64,000 bases of DNA, from the NCBI RefSeq assembly GCF_009914755.1, contig NC_060933.1. One strand, given 5' to 3'. This document shows positions 12,850 to 27,789 of the stretch, in pieces. Position numbers and translations under genes: made by a program. This DNA comes from the human T2T-CHM13v2.0 reference genome, Homo sapiens. The stretch's first letter is position 1; each line of letters opens with the position of its first letter. The notes beneath the pieces were generated by a model. The model was not told the DNA's origin. It was given only the letters and a program-made list of their open reading frames with translations, and did no database searches.

Positions 12850-15200
12850 CTGGCAACGGCAGAGGAACTCTGACTCCTGGGGTGCAGAAAAATTGTCTGT
12901 GGAAGCCCCGTGAAGGAGGTGGGGGACCGCTGCAAAAGCAAGGAAGAGGACGAGGATGAGGACGTCTGGGATAACTGGGATGATGGTGATGACAGGAAAA
13001 AGAAAAAAGAGGAAGCAGAAATAAACATTTTAGAAAAGAAAAAACTAACAGAGAAGATAAAAGAAAGAACGGCAACAGAAGAAAGGGCAGGAAGAAATTA
13101 AAAAGGGGTTAGAAGAACCTGAAGAACTCCAGCTGCTAACACCAGAGGAACAATTAGCAGATAAACCGCAGCTGGAGAAATCACAGGAAGAGTCAGACAT
13201 GGAATTAGCAAAGGCAACTTTTGGTGTTAAGACTACTGTATATGGATCGGATGCTGTAAACCCATCTTCAAGGGATGACCTTACAGAGTTTGGAAAGTTA
13301 CTAAAAGATAAAATTACACAAAATAAAAAGTCACTATATTATGCCAGTTTTTTGGAAGTCTTAGTTGGAGATGTGTGTATGTCATTGGAAACTGATGACT
13401 TGAAAAAGGTTCTCAATACATTGTGCTTTGAAGTGAAAAACAGAAGCAAGCAAAGCCAAGCCAAAAAGAAGAACAAAGGTATGGTTCCTGGAGGGAGATT
13501 AAAAGCCACCATGACAAATGATCTGGTAAATTATGGTGGTGATGATGCAGGGTATGCACAAGACTATGAAAATGTCATGTGACATTGCATCTTTTCCTGG
13601 TGTCATCTTTATGTTGCCCACGACCCCTTCAACGCACAGCACAACTTCCTTTCCTTTCAGTTCTGCCAAATGCTACAATCCAAAGTGCAGTCTCTTTCGT
13701 GCTGGTTATTTAACCCCTTGACACTTAGGTGTTAACGTGCAAATGAGGGAGCTTGGATCTTGCTGCCAAGGGGTTAAAATCAGGAACCTCAATTGCTACT
13801 AAATCATAGTCCAAAACAAAGCAAACCTAATAATGTCATTTTTGGTTTCAGATTTCATAGCGGCAGTCACTGAAAATTGGAAACAAAAGGCTGCAACAAG
13901 ACAAAATAAATTGTGTAGTACTCAACAGCACTATTCAGTAATACAGCCTTAACCATACCTCCTTGAACTACTTCATAACTTGTCAAGAAAAGCAGCTGCA
14001 GCAAGGGCATGTGGCATGCACCTAGTATGAAAATTGCTTTGTCTTAAAATTGAATGTGAGGCTATTAAAAATACATTGTGAAGAAGACTGCTTATGCCAG
14101 AGTGAAGATACTGTGGCTGAAAAGCACTAGTTTGATTAAAATTAAATGACCAAAGCCTTCCAACTTTGAATCTGAAGAGGGTAAGCCTCTCCATTATAAC
14201 ATCACATGTTGTGGATTCTCTTGAATACAAAGACTGTCTAGTTACTGAAACCACCTTTGCAAAATTATGACTGAGACAGTGAAAGAGATCTAACTGAATT
14301 GATTCCATCCTGCTTCTAACCTCCAAGCTGTCCTTGTTCATTCTTGGGTGTAGGCTGAAGTAACTTTGGGAGAAACTTAGTTTATAGTTTAAAACAAAGA
14401 CGATAACAGCCCTATCCCAAAGCAGACTTCCTCCTTGCCTGGGGACTACTGCCTTTGCAGGACTAACATTAGCCACAAGATTAGAAATTATGGTTTAGGA
14501 GTCATGCAGCTGGAGGCTGCAAGATTCTGACCCTCCCTAACCTGTTCCTAAGATCAGTGCGTGAGATATTTTGCAGCCCCTGCACTTAATGAATCAGCTG
14601 GCACCACCCAGATTAATAAACTGTCTCATCTGACCTTGTGGCCCCACCCAGGAACTGACTCAGCACAGAAGACAGCTTCGACTCCCTATTATTTCTTCTC
14701 TGACCAATCAGCAGTCTTGGCTCATTGGCCTCTCCCCACCCACCAAGTTGTCCTTAAAAACTATGCTCCCCAAGTGCTCTTCTGGGAGACTAATTTGAGT
14801 GATAATACAGCTCTGGTCTCCCACACAGCCGGTTCTTTGTGAATTACTCTTTCTCTATTGCCATTCCCCTGTCTTGAGAAATTGGCTCTGTCTAAACAGT
14901 GGGCAAGGTGAACCCCTTGGGTGGTGACATTACTTATCAAACTATTTCTACTGATGAAGTGCTTCAGATGGGGGCTTCAGGACTCTTTACCTGTTTTTGT
15001 TTGCCTGATTTAAGTGTCTGAGAAACAAATCTTAGTTCTCCTGGGCTGCAATAAAACAACTTTACCAGGGTTTTGGCATTTCCTTTCTTTTCCTTTATAA
15101 AATATGCTCAACAAACTGCACCAGTTAACTACAGTTTGATAAATTGCTAACAATTATGACATTTGCAATGATTTATAAAGCAACTATTTCAAATAAATAA
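12850..15200 (+). pseudogene. EIF3JP3: Processed pseudogene of EIF3J (intronless, frameshifted, 3' UTR split by LTR8); the symbol number is recalled, not certain
   Basis: DSW...EDEDEDVWDNWDD, ELAKATFGV...NPSSRDDLTEFGKLLKDKITQ..SLYYASFLEVLV..KATMTND...QDYENVM* (stop 13580-13582) match eIF3j; frame breaks; AATAAA near 15192. Confidence 0.85.
14246..14929 (+). mobile_element. LTR8 (ERV1) solo LTR
   Basis: TG...CA termini (tgaaaccacctttgcaaaattatgactgagacagtgaaagag ... gggtggtgaca), 4-bp TSD TTAC. Confidence 0.85.
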
Positions 15201-15421
15201 ATTACAAAGAGCATTAAAGGAGTTTATTCTATGAACAAAAGACAGCAGTTTCTGCCCCAGCCTAGAGAAGGTTCAGAACATGAGAAGGATTTGAAAGGAG
15301 AGCAGAGAAGTCACCTTTGGGTGTGAGTCCCTGAGCCACAGAGGTAGGGGATGGGAGACAGGGGAAGGGTCAAGAATATGCATTTTTGCACATAGGAGTC
15401 TATGGCTATAAAACTGCTCAT

Positions 15422-16449
15422 AATTAAACTAAAGAGCTTCTGCACAGCAAAAGAAACTACCATCAGAGTGAACAGGCAACCTACAGAATGGGAGAAAATT
15501 TTTACAATCTACCCATCTGACAAAGGGCTAATATTCAGAATCTATAAAAACTTAAACAAATTTACAAGAAAAAATCAAACAACCCCATCAGAAAGTGGGT
15601 GAAGGATATGAACAGACACTTCTCAAAAGAAGACATTTACGTAGCCAACAGACACATGAAAAAATGCTCATCATCACTGGCCATCAGAAAATGCAAATCA
15701 AAACCACAATGAGATACCATCTCACACCAGTTAGAATGGCGATCATTAAAAAGTCAGGAAACAACAGGTGCTGGGGAGGATGTGGAGAAATAGGACGCTT
15801 TTACACTGTTGGTGGGACTGTAAACTGGTTTAACCATTGTGGAAGACAGTGTGGCGATTCCTCAAGGATGTAGGACTAGAAATACCATTTGACCCAGTGA
15901 TCCCATTACTGGGCATATACCCAAAGGATTATAAATCATGCTGCTATAAAGACACATGCACACGTATGTTTATTGCGGCACTATTCACAATAGCAAAGAC
16001 TTGGAACCAACCCAAATGTCCATCAATGGTAGACTGGATTAAGAAAATGTGGCACATATACACCACGGAATACTATGCAGCCATAAAAAAGGATGAGTTC
16101 ATGTCCTTTGTAGAGACATGGATGAAGCTGGAAACCATCATTCTCAGTAAACTATCGCAAGGACAGAAAACCAAACACTGCATGTTCTCACTCATAGGTG
16201 GGAATTGAACAATGAGAACACATGAACACAGGGCGGAGAATATCGCATACTGGGGCCTGTCGTGGGGTGGGAGGAGAGGGGAGGGATAGCATTAGGAGAT
16301 ATACCTAATGTAAATGACGAGTTAACCGGTGCAGCACACCAACATGGCACATGTATACATATGTAACAAACCTGCATGTTGTGCACATGTACCCTAGAAC
16401 TTAAAATAATTAAAAAAAAAAGAAAAATAAAAAACAAAAATAAAGTTAA
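15422..16449 (+). mobile_element. 5'-truncated L1PA (about L1PA3-5)
   Basis: ORF2 C-terminus ([10 protein letters not shown]...HCMFSLIGGN*), 3' UTR, A-tail, TSD aaaactgctcat (15410-15421 / 16450-16461). Confidence 0.93.
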
Positions 16450-16533
16450 AAAACTGCTCATTATTATATGTTAATATAAACATACTACATGTTATTATAT
16501 ATTAAGTTTATCCCAAATGTTTCTGACAATGTA

Positions 16534-16613
16534 TTAGGTTGGTGCAAAAGTAATTGCGATTTTTGTCGTTACTTTTAAATGGCAAAACCGCAATTATGTT
16601 TGCACAAACCTAA
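16534..16613. mobile_element. MADE1 (Hsmar1-derived MITE)
   Basis: 80-bp near-palindrome ttaggttggtgcaaaagtaattgc...gcaattatgtttgcacaaacctaa flanked by TA. Confidence 0.92.
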
Positions 16614-16723
16614 TACATATTAAAGACAATTTTCAAACTCATGGGTTCTAGAACCCTTGTGAGAACAGTCAGTTTTCCTAATGTAACTTCTAAAAGTACT
16701 TATTAGGTGGGAAAGCAGTGTTC

Positions 16724-16857
16724 TTTTTTTTTGAAATAGGGTTTCTGGTTCTGTCACCCAGGCTGGAGTGCAGTAGCGTGATCGTGACTCAATGCAACCT
16801 CCACTTCCCAGGCTCCCAAAGTTCTAGGATTACAAGCATGAGCCACTGTGTCTGGCC
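16724..16857 (-). mobile_element. Short Alu monomer / internally deleted Alu
   Basis: T-run, tcacccaggctggagtgcagt, joined directly to cccaaagttctaggattacaagcatgagccactg. Confidence 0.7.
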
Positions 16858-18152
16858 ACAGTATTCTTGTGATCATTGGAATCTGTAGTGTAATCCCACC
16901 ATAATGATTTGGTAATGGGGTTTAAGGTCCCACTTATACTTAGAAAAGAAAGTTTTAATAACAGGAATAAATTAAGGGGATAAATTTTTCTGAAGTTTTG
17001 TTGAAACTTTAAAGAGAAAATCTTACAACATGAAGGCTAAAAAGATTTCCTGAACAAAAGAAGGCTAAGGCACAGTTAAATAAAACAGTGTTCGTTACTG
17101 TCAATTTGCACTTGGTTTCTGGTGGCAAGTAATTGGGGTGTGTCCTTGACTGGATCTCTCAATGAGATTTATCAGTCATTTGAATGAATATGGTGGTGAC
17201 GCTTACAGGAAGCTTGAAGGTACTTTAAATGCTTTTTTACTTTGTAATTTTTGTGGGTACATAATAAGTGTATATATTTATGGGCTATGTGAGATATTTT
17301 GATACAGGCACGCAATGTGTAATAATCACATCAGAGTAAATGGAGTATCCATCTCCTCAAGCATTTATCCTTTCTTTGTGTTATAAACAATCCAATTATA
17401 TTCTTTTAGTTATTTTTACACATGCAAGTAAATTATTATTGACTACTGTTACCTTGTTGTGCTATCAAATACTAGGTTTGTTTCATTCTTTCTATTTTTT
17501 TGTACCCATTAACCATCCCCACTTCCCTTGACACTCCCACTACCCTTCCCAGCCTCTAGTAACCATCCTTCTACCCTGTATCTCCATGAGGTCACTTGTT
17601 TTAATGTTTAGCTCCACAAAGAAGTGAGAACATGTGAAGTTTGTACTTCTGTGCTTGACTTATTTCACTTAAAATAATGACCTCCAGTTCCATCCATGTT
17701 GTTGCAAATGACAGATTTGATTCTTTTTTATGGCTGAAATAGTAGTGCTTTGTGTATATGTACCATTGTGTATATGTATATTTTCTTTATCCATTCATCT
17801 GTTGATGGACACTTAGATTGCTCCCAAATCTTGGCTATCCTGCAACAAACATGGGAGTGCAGATATCTCTTCGATATGCTGATTTCCTTTCTTTTGGGTA
17901 AATACCTAGCAATGGGATTGCTGGATCGTATGGTAGCTCTATTTTTAGTTTTTTGAGGCATTTCCAAACTGTTCTCCACGGTGGTTGTACTTATTTACAT
18001 CCCCACCAACAGGGTACAAGGGTTATGTTTTCTCCACATCCTCTCCAGCATTTGTTTTTGCTTGTCTTTTGGATATAAGCCATTTTAACTGGGGTGAGAT
18101 GACACCACCTTGTAGTTTTGATTTGCATTTTTCTGATGATTAGTGACGTTGA

Positions 18153-18680
<528 letters not shown>

Positions 18681-20234
18681 TAATCCCTTATCAGATGGGT
18701 AGTTTGCAAATATTTTCTCCTATTCTATGGGTTGCCTCTTCACTTTATTGACTGTATTCCTTGCTGTGCAGAAGCTTTTTAACTTGGTATGATCCTATGT
18801 GTCTATTTTTGCTTTGGTTGCCTGTGCTTGTGGGGTGTTACTCAAGAAATCTTTGTCCAGACCAACGTCCTGGTGAGTTTCCCCAATGTTTTTGTGTAGT
18901 AGTCTCATAGTTTCAGGTTTCGAATTTTAGCCATTTTGATTTTATTTTTGTATATAGTGAGAGATAGGGGTCTAGTTTCATTTTTCTGCATGGATATCCA
19001 GTTTTTCCAGCACCATTTATTAAAGAAACTGTCTTTTCCCCAATGTTTGTTCTTGGCAACTTTGTAAAACATGAGTTCACTGTAGATGTGCTTGAGGGCA
19101 CACACAAAAATCCATCCCACCCCACTAAGCCACCCAAACAAACATGAAAGACAAAAACTGTTTTTGTTGGGGAAACACAGCTCTGGAACTAATTCCCTGG
19201 GCCCCTTGTTAACACCAGCCCCTCCTATAAGAAAATGATTTGTCGAAGCTTCAGTGACCATTGAAGGGATGCTCTATAAGACAAGTCTGTTGACTGAAAG
19301 AGACAGAAACCAATGTTGAAGCTACTTATGCAAGAGGAGGACCTGGGTGGCACAGACCTGGCTGGATGCAGGGCTCACAGATCGTCATCAGCACTCCATC
19401 TCTTCCCACCTTCAGGACCTACTGTCCTCTGTTTTGCGCACACTCCCAGCCAGGCTCACTTTTTATCCTCCTTGGAGGAAAGTGGGTTTCCCAGTTGTGT
19501 CTGGGCTGGTGCTGCTTGGCCCTGCCTGGGTCCCATGCCGGCCTCAGGATGAGAGGGATGGTCACCTCAGCTACAGCACATGGATTGCTCTGTGAAAAGC
19601 AATCTCCACAGGAAACCAGGATGGCTTCACCAGGGAGGCAGAACAACAAATGCCCATGACAGAGGGCATGCACCGTGAATAAAAGAATCAGGATTTTAAA
19701 CAGAAAGGCAGAAAGAAGAGGACTTCCAAACCCTAGAAAGTTTAAAACTAATAGAATAAAATTTACTGTGCGTAAATGTAAAGCCTTATGTTGAGATTAA
19801 ATATATGTATGTGTGTCAAATTTTATCTAAAAATATATGTAGCCAAAAAGTCAGAAAAAATAAAAATAAAAAAGTAACAAAAGTAAAACAAAAATATATG
19901 TAGCCATATTCATGTGATGCAACTACAAGAAAAAAGTAGAAATGGTTTAGTAGTGTCCTTAAAAAAAAAAGTCTTAGTTTTTGGTTGCTGGTCACTTTGA
20001 GATGGTTATCAACGTGATTTGGACACTTTAAAAGTTTGCAATAATGAGATTAAAAAGCAAGATAAAGGAGGAAATAGTGCTGTTAATGCCTATTTCATGG
20101 TGTCATGTCTGGAATATTGTGCTTGAGCCTGGGGGTGCGGGTGGGGGTGACATTTTAAGGACACTAGCGAGCATTCAAAGAAGAATCAGCATCCAGCTCG
20201 TGAAAACGACCATGACACCTCCCCTTCCACCCCC

Positions 20235-20760
20235 CTTGCCCCAGAGCATGCCATTTTAAGGATTATTTTGAGTGTAAAGAAACTAAAAATCAATAGATAG
20301 AAGATTATTTCTCTGCTCTCCCCTCGGATGCCTAAAACCCGGGCATAAATTTCCCTTTGTTAAGGTGGCATGGATTTCCCCCTCTCCTGTACCAGGATGA
20401 GGAGAGGGAACACTTGTCACCAGGGACAGAGAGCCAACACCAAAATAAGTCTGCATAAACAAGCCTCCCTAAATAAGCAGGATAATCCATTAGTTCCCAC
20501 ATAGTTTTCCTAGTCACTTTTCCACAATTAATCATTCCTCAAAGCCCAAATCTTCTTTCCTTTGTTAAAATGGCACATAAGCCTCTGAGTTTAGCCATTT
20601 CTTTGACTTTCCTTTCCTTTCTGTGAACTCCTGTGTATGTAAAATATTAGTAAACTTTCTATTATTTTCTCCTGTTAATCTGTCTCTTGTGAGTCAAACT
20701 TGCAGAGCCTCCCAGTCAGTGAACCTAAGAGGGAAGAGAAAATGTATTTCCTTCCTGGCA
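20235..20760 (+). mobile_element. ERV1 LTR (MER34/MER39-like)
   Basis: atgccattttaaggattattttgag start motif; ttttctcctgttaatctgtct...gaacctaagaggg 3' motif. Confidence 0.55.
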
Positions 20761-21950
20761 CTACAAATGGTGCATGTTTGTTGAAAGGAAGTACTTAACT
20801 GCTACACGGCAGGAGGTATAATCCAGACAGAAGTAAGAAGTGTGCTGGATATTAGAATATTCCTGCTCTTCATAAGTGGATGAATTATATGACCACCAAT
20901 TTTCCAGTACTCCTAAAATTTTTGATCCCAAAGGTACCTTAAATCCCTCTAAAACAAGAATAAAAAAATTGAATACCTTGTTGAGAAACAGATGTTCAGA
21001 ACTTTTTCATCTTGTAGAATGGAAACTACACCTATTAAACAACAACTCCTGTTTTCCTCCCCATCCCAGTTCCCACTAATCACCACTCTACTTTCTATTT
21101 CTATGAACTTAGCTGCCTTAGATAACTTGTATAAGTAGATTCACACAATATTTTCCTTTTTGTGACCATGCTCTTACTCTTAGGACAATGGCCTTAGGGT
21201 TCATCCATGGGGCAGCACAGGACATGATTTCCTTCCTTTCTAACGTCACAGAATGTTCTATTGTGTGTCTATTTTCAAAGGAGGAATTCTGGAGATGGGT
21301 GATTATATCAACACTCACGGTATCTTATTTAATTTTTAACACAAAATTATGAGGTCATTGCTGTTATACACATCTATAGTGGTTAAAACCAAGCCTTCGA
21401 GACTGAAAGTAATTTGCCCAAAGTTTATGCATACCAGAAATGAGACTTGAGTTATCTTCTTCCCAAACCTTTGCCATTGAGTAGGAAACTCATAAAGTCA
21501 AAGGGCACTGGAATTGTTGCTTCTATTGGTTTGTCATTTTTTTCCACTTACTGTTTTAGTGCAGACATGTCTGAAATGCAAACAGGTTTTAAAATGGAAG
21601 CTTTGGAGTATTCCGTAATTATGGCTATCAACGTTTAGTATTTCCAGCAAAACATTCTTATTTATCAACTTCCCCATTTATCTCAATCAAAATAAGTAGG
21701 AAAAAGAAAAAGCATAAATAGTTCTCACTGCTTCTACAATCCAAAAGAAAAATAAAAAATATAAGCGAGAAATGCAAGTTCAGAGAAGTTCCCAATTTTC
21801 TTCCCTTTCATCATTGGGCAAAATGATCAAACTATTCTTGCTGAGTGGGCAACTCCCCATGGTACTTCAGAAAGGCTTTGTTGCCTGGTGTGGCAATGCC
21901 TAAAAATTCCTTAGATGCTAGGGGAAATGCAACAGCATTGTCCCAGATGA

Positions 21951-22308
<358 letters not shown>

Positions 22309-23402
22309 TGATATCACTAGATTAGATATTTTGTTGAGTCTTACCTTAAATACCCTTCATGCTAGTTTGTACCAGTAATCTCACACACCTCAAGCTGTTT
22401 CTCTTTCTCTTCACTGTCCCTCCATGGTTCCCTGGGAGAGGGGCAGCAGAAGAAGGTCCCAGCTCCCTGTGTTTGAAAACTGCTGGGTTCAGGCAGGATT
22501 GGTGGCCCTTGGCTTGCCAGCCCAGATGCCACCCACATGGACCTCTTGCATTGTCCTGCAGGACTCTGGCAGAGTTCCAGAATCCACCAGGCCCCTGAGA
22601 ATGGAGTGGTGAGGCCTTAGAGGACCGCTGCTGAGGACACTGGCTAGCTTCTGATGATGGGGACTCTCTAAAGAACACAGGAGTTCTAAGTTCCCTGAGG
22701 CACTTCTAAGCATCTCTAGGATAGCAAGGAGGGTCTAGGATTCCTGTGTCCTGGGGGCAGGAGAAATTCCCCAAGTCCACCTGAGACCCACTGAGCTGTG
22801 GGCAAAGTGCCAGGGTCCCGGGGAGTTGTAGCCAAATTAGCAACAATTCTTCTCTTAGCCTAATTATCATTCTGCCATGGTATTTACTGGGTGTCTATCA
22901 TATACTGGGGACCCCTACACTGTAAAACAAAGTCTCTGTCCTCAAGATGCTTTGGTTGGGGAGATGGGATATGTAACAGTTTTGTTTGTCCTTCTGATAT
23001 AACTAAAACATGTTTCTTATATCATTCAAATCATTATTTAGTTTCATTTATCCCTTTGAACGTGGGGAAAAACTCACTCGTTTACCACTTCACATATTTC
23101 TTAATCAAATTCTACTCACTTCCGCAGAGTCTTGCAACCATCCCTGACACTACTCCTGAGTGTTGCATGTCAGTAACTTTCTACATGAAGCACATAGAAA
23201 TTTGGAAGTTGGAAGTGTGCATGAGGAGTAGGGTACTGTGCACTGTGGGTGGATTTAGAGGATTCACAGGCCACATCCCCAGTGTAGACAATAATTAGCC
23301 TGGCAATGGTGACCTTGTATGGACCTTGCTCCGTGAACCACAAATCTGGGATGCTGGCCAAGGAAACACTCAGGCAGAACACCCCAACACCAAGGCTTTT
23401 TA

Positions 23403-23624
23403 TTTTATTTTATTTTATTTTATTCTTTTTTATTTATTATTATTATTATTATTATACTTTAAGTTTTAGGGTACATGTGCACAATGTGCAGGTTAGTTAC
23501 ATATGTATACATGTGCCATGCTGGTGCGCTGCACCCACTAACTCGTCATCTAGCATTAGGTATATCTCCCAGTGCTATCCCTCCCCCCTCCCCCGACCCC
23601 ACAACAGTCCCCAGAGTGTGATGT
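23403..23624 (-). mobile_element. Very short 5'-truncated young L1 (L1PA2-like)
   Basis: L1 3' UTR with GATGACGAG (not L1HS ACA/ACG) and AAAACTTAA; exact TSD accaaggcttttta (23389-23402 / 23625-23638). Confidence 0.88.
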
Positions 23625-24989
23625 ACCAAGGCTTTTTAATTGCCCGGCAGTGGGACTGTGAACCTGGGAGACCTGTGCCTTCAGCCAGTGCTGATTCCTC
23701 CTTCTAGAGTGGGAGATCAGCACCTGGACAGAGGACACTGTGACTAGAAAATGCATTTAAAAGAAGGGATTATTGCTTCCTCGGATCAGACTGTGTGATC
23801 TACAATGAACTCTTACATGTTATTTTATCTGGCATTCTAACAATGATCCCAAAGAAACATCAGACTCCTTGTTCAGAAGGTAGGTTAGTTCTCAGCAGTA
23901 CAAGTTGGGTCCTCAGTGGATCCTGTGCATTTGAGGATGAAGTTTACAGATGCTTTGGACCGTAGCTGCAGGTCTGATTTGAGGACAATGAGACCAAGTC
24001 AGGGAGGCAGCAACTAATGGGGGAGGGAATAAGACACAAGAAATAACAAACATAAAGTACCAGAGTGGACTTAGTAACTCAGCAGAACTTCCAAATCTCA
24101 TATTGAGATTGCCCTGGTTTTGGCATGTTGAAGGGATCATATACAGGGAATGGGGAATGCCTAATTATATGGGTCTATTTCCTCTTTATGGTCTCAAAGA
24201 TTTTTTTAAGAGTTTATAGGATTATTTTTTTAATTACATAAGAAAGATTTAATTTTTAACATCTTAAAATGGTTACAGTTCATGAATACCACAAGACAAC
24301 CTAAAAAGGTGCAGTCTAGAGTAGCCTATTTGGCTGTTAGTAGCAAAGGTTTTGACCATGGTCAATGACTTAATATCCATGTTAGTCACTCCTGAGTTGA
24401 TATTACTGTAATTTTTTTTTCTCATTGACTTGGGTGATAGCATAAAAAGTATACTCATTAATTTTACAAATGACAAATGTCAGATGTTACAACTTATTTT
24501 AAAGGGATTCCTGTGGTACTTCAAACTTTACTAAAGACAAAACAAACGGTTTTTATCTTCATAATTGTTTTGCTTCCTGGATCTCTCCCTTCTGTTCATG
24601 ATATCAGTGACTTCACTGCCAAGGCTAAAGTGATATCATGAAAAGAAAAGAGAAACCCAGAAAGCAAAACAGTTATGAAGATAAAGACCATTTATTTTGT
24701 CTTTAGTAAAGTTTGAAGTACCAGAGGATTTCTAGGTAGGTCTAGTAAAAAAAAATGTAAAGTTTGAAGTATAGCCCAGTCAGGAAAGAATTCAGTGTTA
24801 AGAGATACATATTTCAAAGTCATCCATCCACATGGAATTGGAAGTTGATATTATAAAAGTGGTTAACATGAAAGAAAGGTCAAGGAAGGACTTCGGTGAA
24901 TGTCTATATTTTGGGGAATACATGGAGGGAGGCACTGTATAAGTCAGGAGTAGGCAGGTTATGAAGTGGTAAAAACAACCTTAAAAACC

Positions 24990-25375
24990 TGAATGGCTAT
25001 ATCAGTTTGTAATTGCAGCTGGGCCCAACTTAGCTGGATGCCTCTGCCTCACAGTCTGTAAGGTTACAGTCAAACTACAGACTGGGGCTGCTGTTTCATC
25101 TGAAGGCTCAACTGGTGCTGCAGGATGTGCTTCCAAGCTCACACACATGGTTTTTGGCAGACTTCAGTCTCTTAACACATGGGCCCCTTTATGAGGCTGC
25201 CTCATGATATGACAGTTGGTTTTCCCTATGGAAAGCAGTCCAAAAGAGAGAGAGAGAACAACCAAAAAAGAAGCTGAAGTCTTTCGTAACCTAAGCTCAA
25301 AAGAGACATTCCATTATTTCTGCCATATGCTTTTCATTGTAAGCAAGTCACTAAATCAAGCCTAAACTCAAAGAT
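24990..25375. mobile_element. Degenerate MaLR (MLT1) LTR
   Basis: tcatctgaaggctcaactgg...cttccaagctcacacacatgg and aagcaagtcactaaatcaagcc motifs. Confidence 0.5.
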
Positions 25376-25489
25376 TTAAAATGAACGTTTTGTGTGTGTC
25401 TTTAGTAGAATTGGCAAATACACAAACTTTGTGTGTGTTTACTTATCACACATATGTGTGTGTGTGTATATATATATAAAATATGTTTG

Positions 25490-26552
25490 TTTTCTTTTTC
25501 TCTTATTCCTTAATCATGTAACATAAGATGTTCCAACTATATAATAGTGTTTAAATATAATTAATTTCATATCTTAGTGTTTAAGCTACATGGTATCAAA
25601 GAGGAAACATCATTCAAAGACCTTACCTTGTCTTCTAGGAAAACGGTTAGTGCATTGTCAATTGTATGTATCAGGTTAATCAGAATTATGACCTTCTGAT
25701 TATCTTTCTTTGAAGATTGAGTATGGTTTCAGGAGATGCATATGGGCACCAAGTTGACAAGGAGCAGAATTGAATTGTTCTGGTTAATTTCATGTGTCAA
25801 CTTGACTAGTCCCTGGGGCATCCAGATATGTGTTCCAACTTTATTCTAAGTGTGTCTGTGAAGGTGTTTTTGGATGATATTGACATTTGAATCAGTAAAC
25901 TGAGGAAAGCAGATTGCTCTGCTTAGCATGGGTGGCCTTCATCTGATCAGTGAAAGGCCTGAATGAATCAAAAAGGCTGACCCTTCCATGAGTAAGAAGA
26001 AATTCCTTTTGCCTGATTGTGAGCTGGGACATTACTCTTCTTGGGTCTTGAGACTGTCAGCTTTTAGACTAGAACTATACCATTGGCTTGCCAGGGTGTC
26101 TACCTGGCCAACTTCACATCTTAGGACTTCTCAACTTCCATAACCATGTGAGGCAATTCTTTGTTTTTTTCTTTTGAGATGGAGTCTTGCTCTGTCGCCC
26201 AGGCTGGAGTGCGGTCACGTGATCTGGGCTCACTGCAAGCTCTGCTTCTAGGGTTCAAGCGATTCTCCTGCCTCAGCATCCCGAGTAGCTGGGACTACAG
26301 GCACCCGCCACCACACCTGGCTAATTTTTGTATTTTTAGTAAAGATGGGGTTTCACCATATTAGCCAGGATGGTCTCGATCTCCTGACCTCATGATCTGC
26401 CCGCCTCGGCCTCCCAAAGTGCTGGGATTACAGGCATGAGCCACTGCGCCCAGCCCACCAATTCTTAATAATACATTTATCTGTAACTATATCTCTCTTC
26501 TTTTATCTACTTCCTGTTGGTTCTGTTTCTCTGGAGAACCCTGATGAATACA
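25490..26552 (+). mobile_element. ERVL internal 3' end + MLT2 LTR (25776-26552), with nested Alu
   Basis: caagttgacaagg before tgttctggttaatttcatgtgtcaacttgac; ends ctgtttctctggagaaccctgatgaataca. Confidence 0.8.
26161..26455 (-). mobile_element. AluSc/Y-type SINE nested in MLT2
   Basis: ttagccaggatggtctcgatctcctgacctc; flanking caattctt repeat. Confidence 0.88.
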
Positions 26553-27789
26553 GCCTTTATGAAATCTTTCCATGAATCCAAGAGGTCTGTGAATACAAAA
26601 TTATGAATCCCCACCTGAAGACTTTTTAGTGCTAGGACTCCTTCACAAGGCAGAGAATATATCAGACCAATTTAGAGTCAAGTCTTCAAGGATCCATTGC
26701 CTTCTCTTACCTTATTCAACTGTTCACCACTCACAAACTTTCCATTTTTACCCTCTTGCCTTAGCTCCCTCTTACCCCAGTGCACATATTTGGGTCAGGG
26801 CTGCATGACCTCTCATGCCTCATCCTCAGCTATGATAGGCAGATTGTTATGATCCTAGAGACCTGCAAAAGAGATGGCTTGTGGGACCTTTTGCTACTGC
26901 CATTGCAGCCTTTCCTGTTGACCCCAACCTCCTCATCCCCCAAGCCCCCTCAGTTCCTTGCAGTTGTCATCTCAAGCACTGGGAAAGGGTCAATGTTTTG
27001 GGTAATATGCATATGGCAACAATGTAGGCTTCTCATGCCCCTAATTACTGCCTGCAGTTGTGGAGTTATTGCTCAACAATCTGATTTATGAACTAAAACA
27101 CTGGGGTTTTAACAATAAATAACCAATCACGTTTAGGCATTTGGAAAGAACAATCATGTGATTGGAGGGTAAGGGAAGATTGACACCAGCTGATATTTTC
27201 TTGAGAACATTCAAAATTTGTTTTCATTGAACCTGCATATAGTATAATACGGAGAGATAAGGTGGAAAAGGAGCAATATTTTCCTTTGATTGATATCCGG
27301 CCACCCTTGGGAAAAAGTGTACTGTCACAGGATTATATTTTTATAAATCGATTATCCCCTAGAGATCATTACAGATGGTGCTAAACCATTTTTTAAAAAA
27401 TATTGAAGACAAAGGTAACAATTTTCATAATGAATTGACTTCTACCTTAGAGAAATCCCTATAAGAATTTGAATCTGTAAATTCTCCACTGATCCATCCA
27501 GGGTTGGCTAAGATGGCAGGAGGAGGGGAAGACCCACACTGTGAGTGTCATTTAGTTCAGATTTCTTGGAGGATAATTTGGAAATCTTTACAGAAGTTTT
27601 AAATAGTATACTAATTGGTGGAGCAATTCCCCCAATAATCTAGAGCAATAGCAATACAAATATGGGAGAATATTTGTATATCACTGTCCAAATCTATAAT
27701 TGGAAAAATGTTATACTCCTGGAGATAGGCTGAGTGCCTACCAATAGGTATGTCCACATGAAGAAATCCTATGTAGCCATCACAGCCAG

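Noticed and set aside
9284-16208. L1 ORF2-like ORFs (9284-10006, 15402-16208)
   Set aside because: Short, frameshifted C-terminal pieces of 5'-truncated L1s; not retrotransposition-competent.
16534-16613. 80-nt hairpin as a novel ncRNA
   Set aside because: Ordinary MADE1 MITE; no evidence of expression from sequence.
23403-23624. Possible L1HS-Ta polymorphic insertion
   Set aside because: Diagnostic positions read GAG and ...CTTAA, not ACA/ACG and ...CTTAG, so L1PA2-like.
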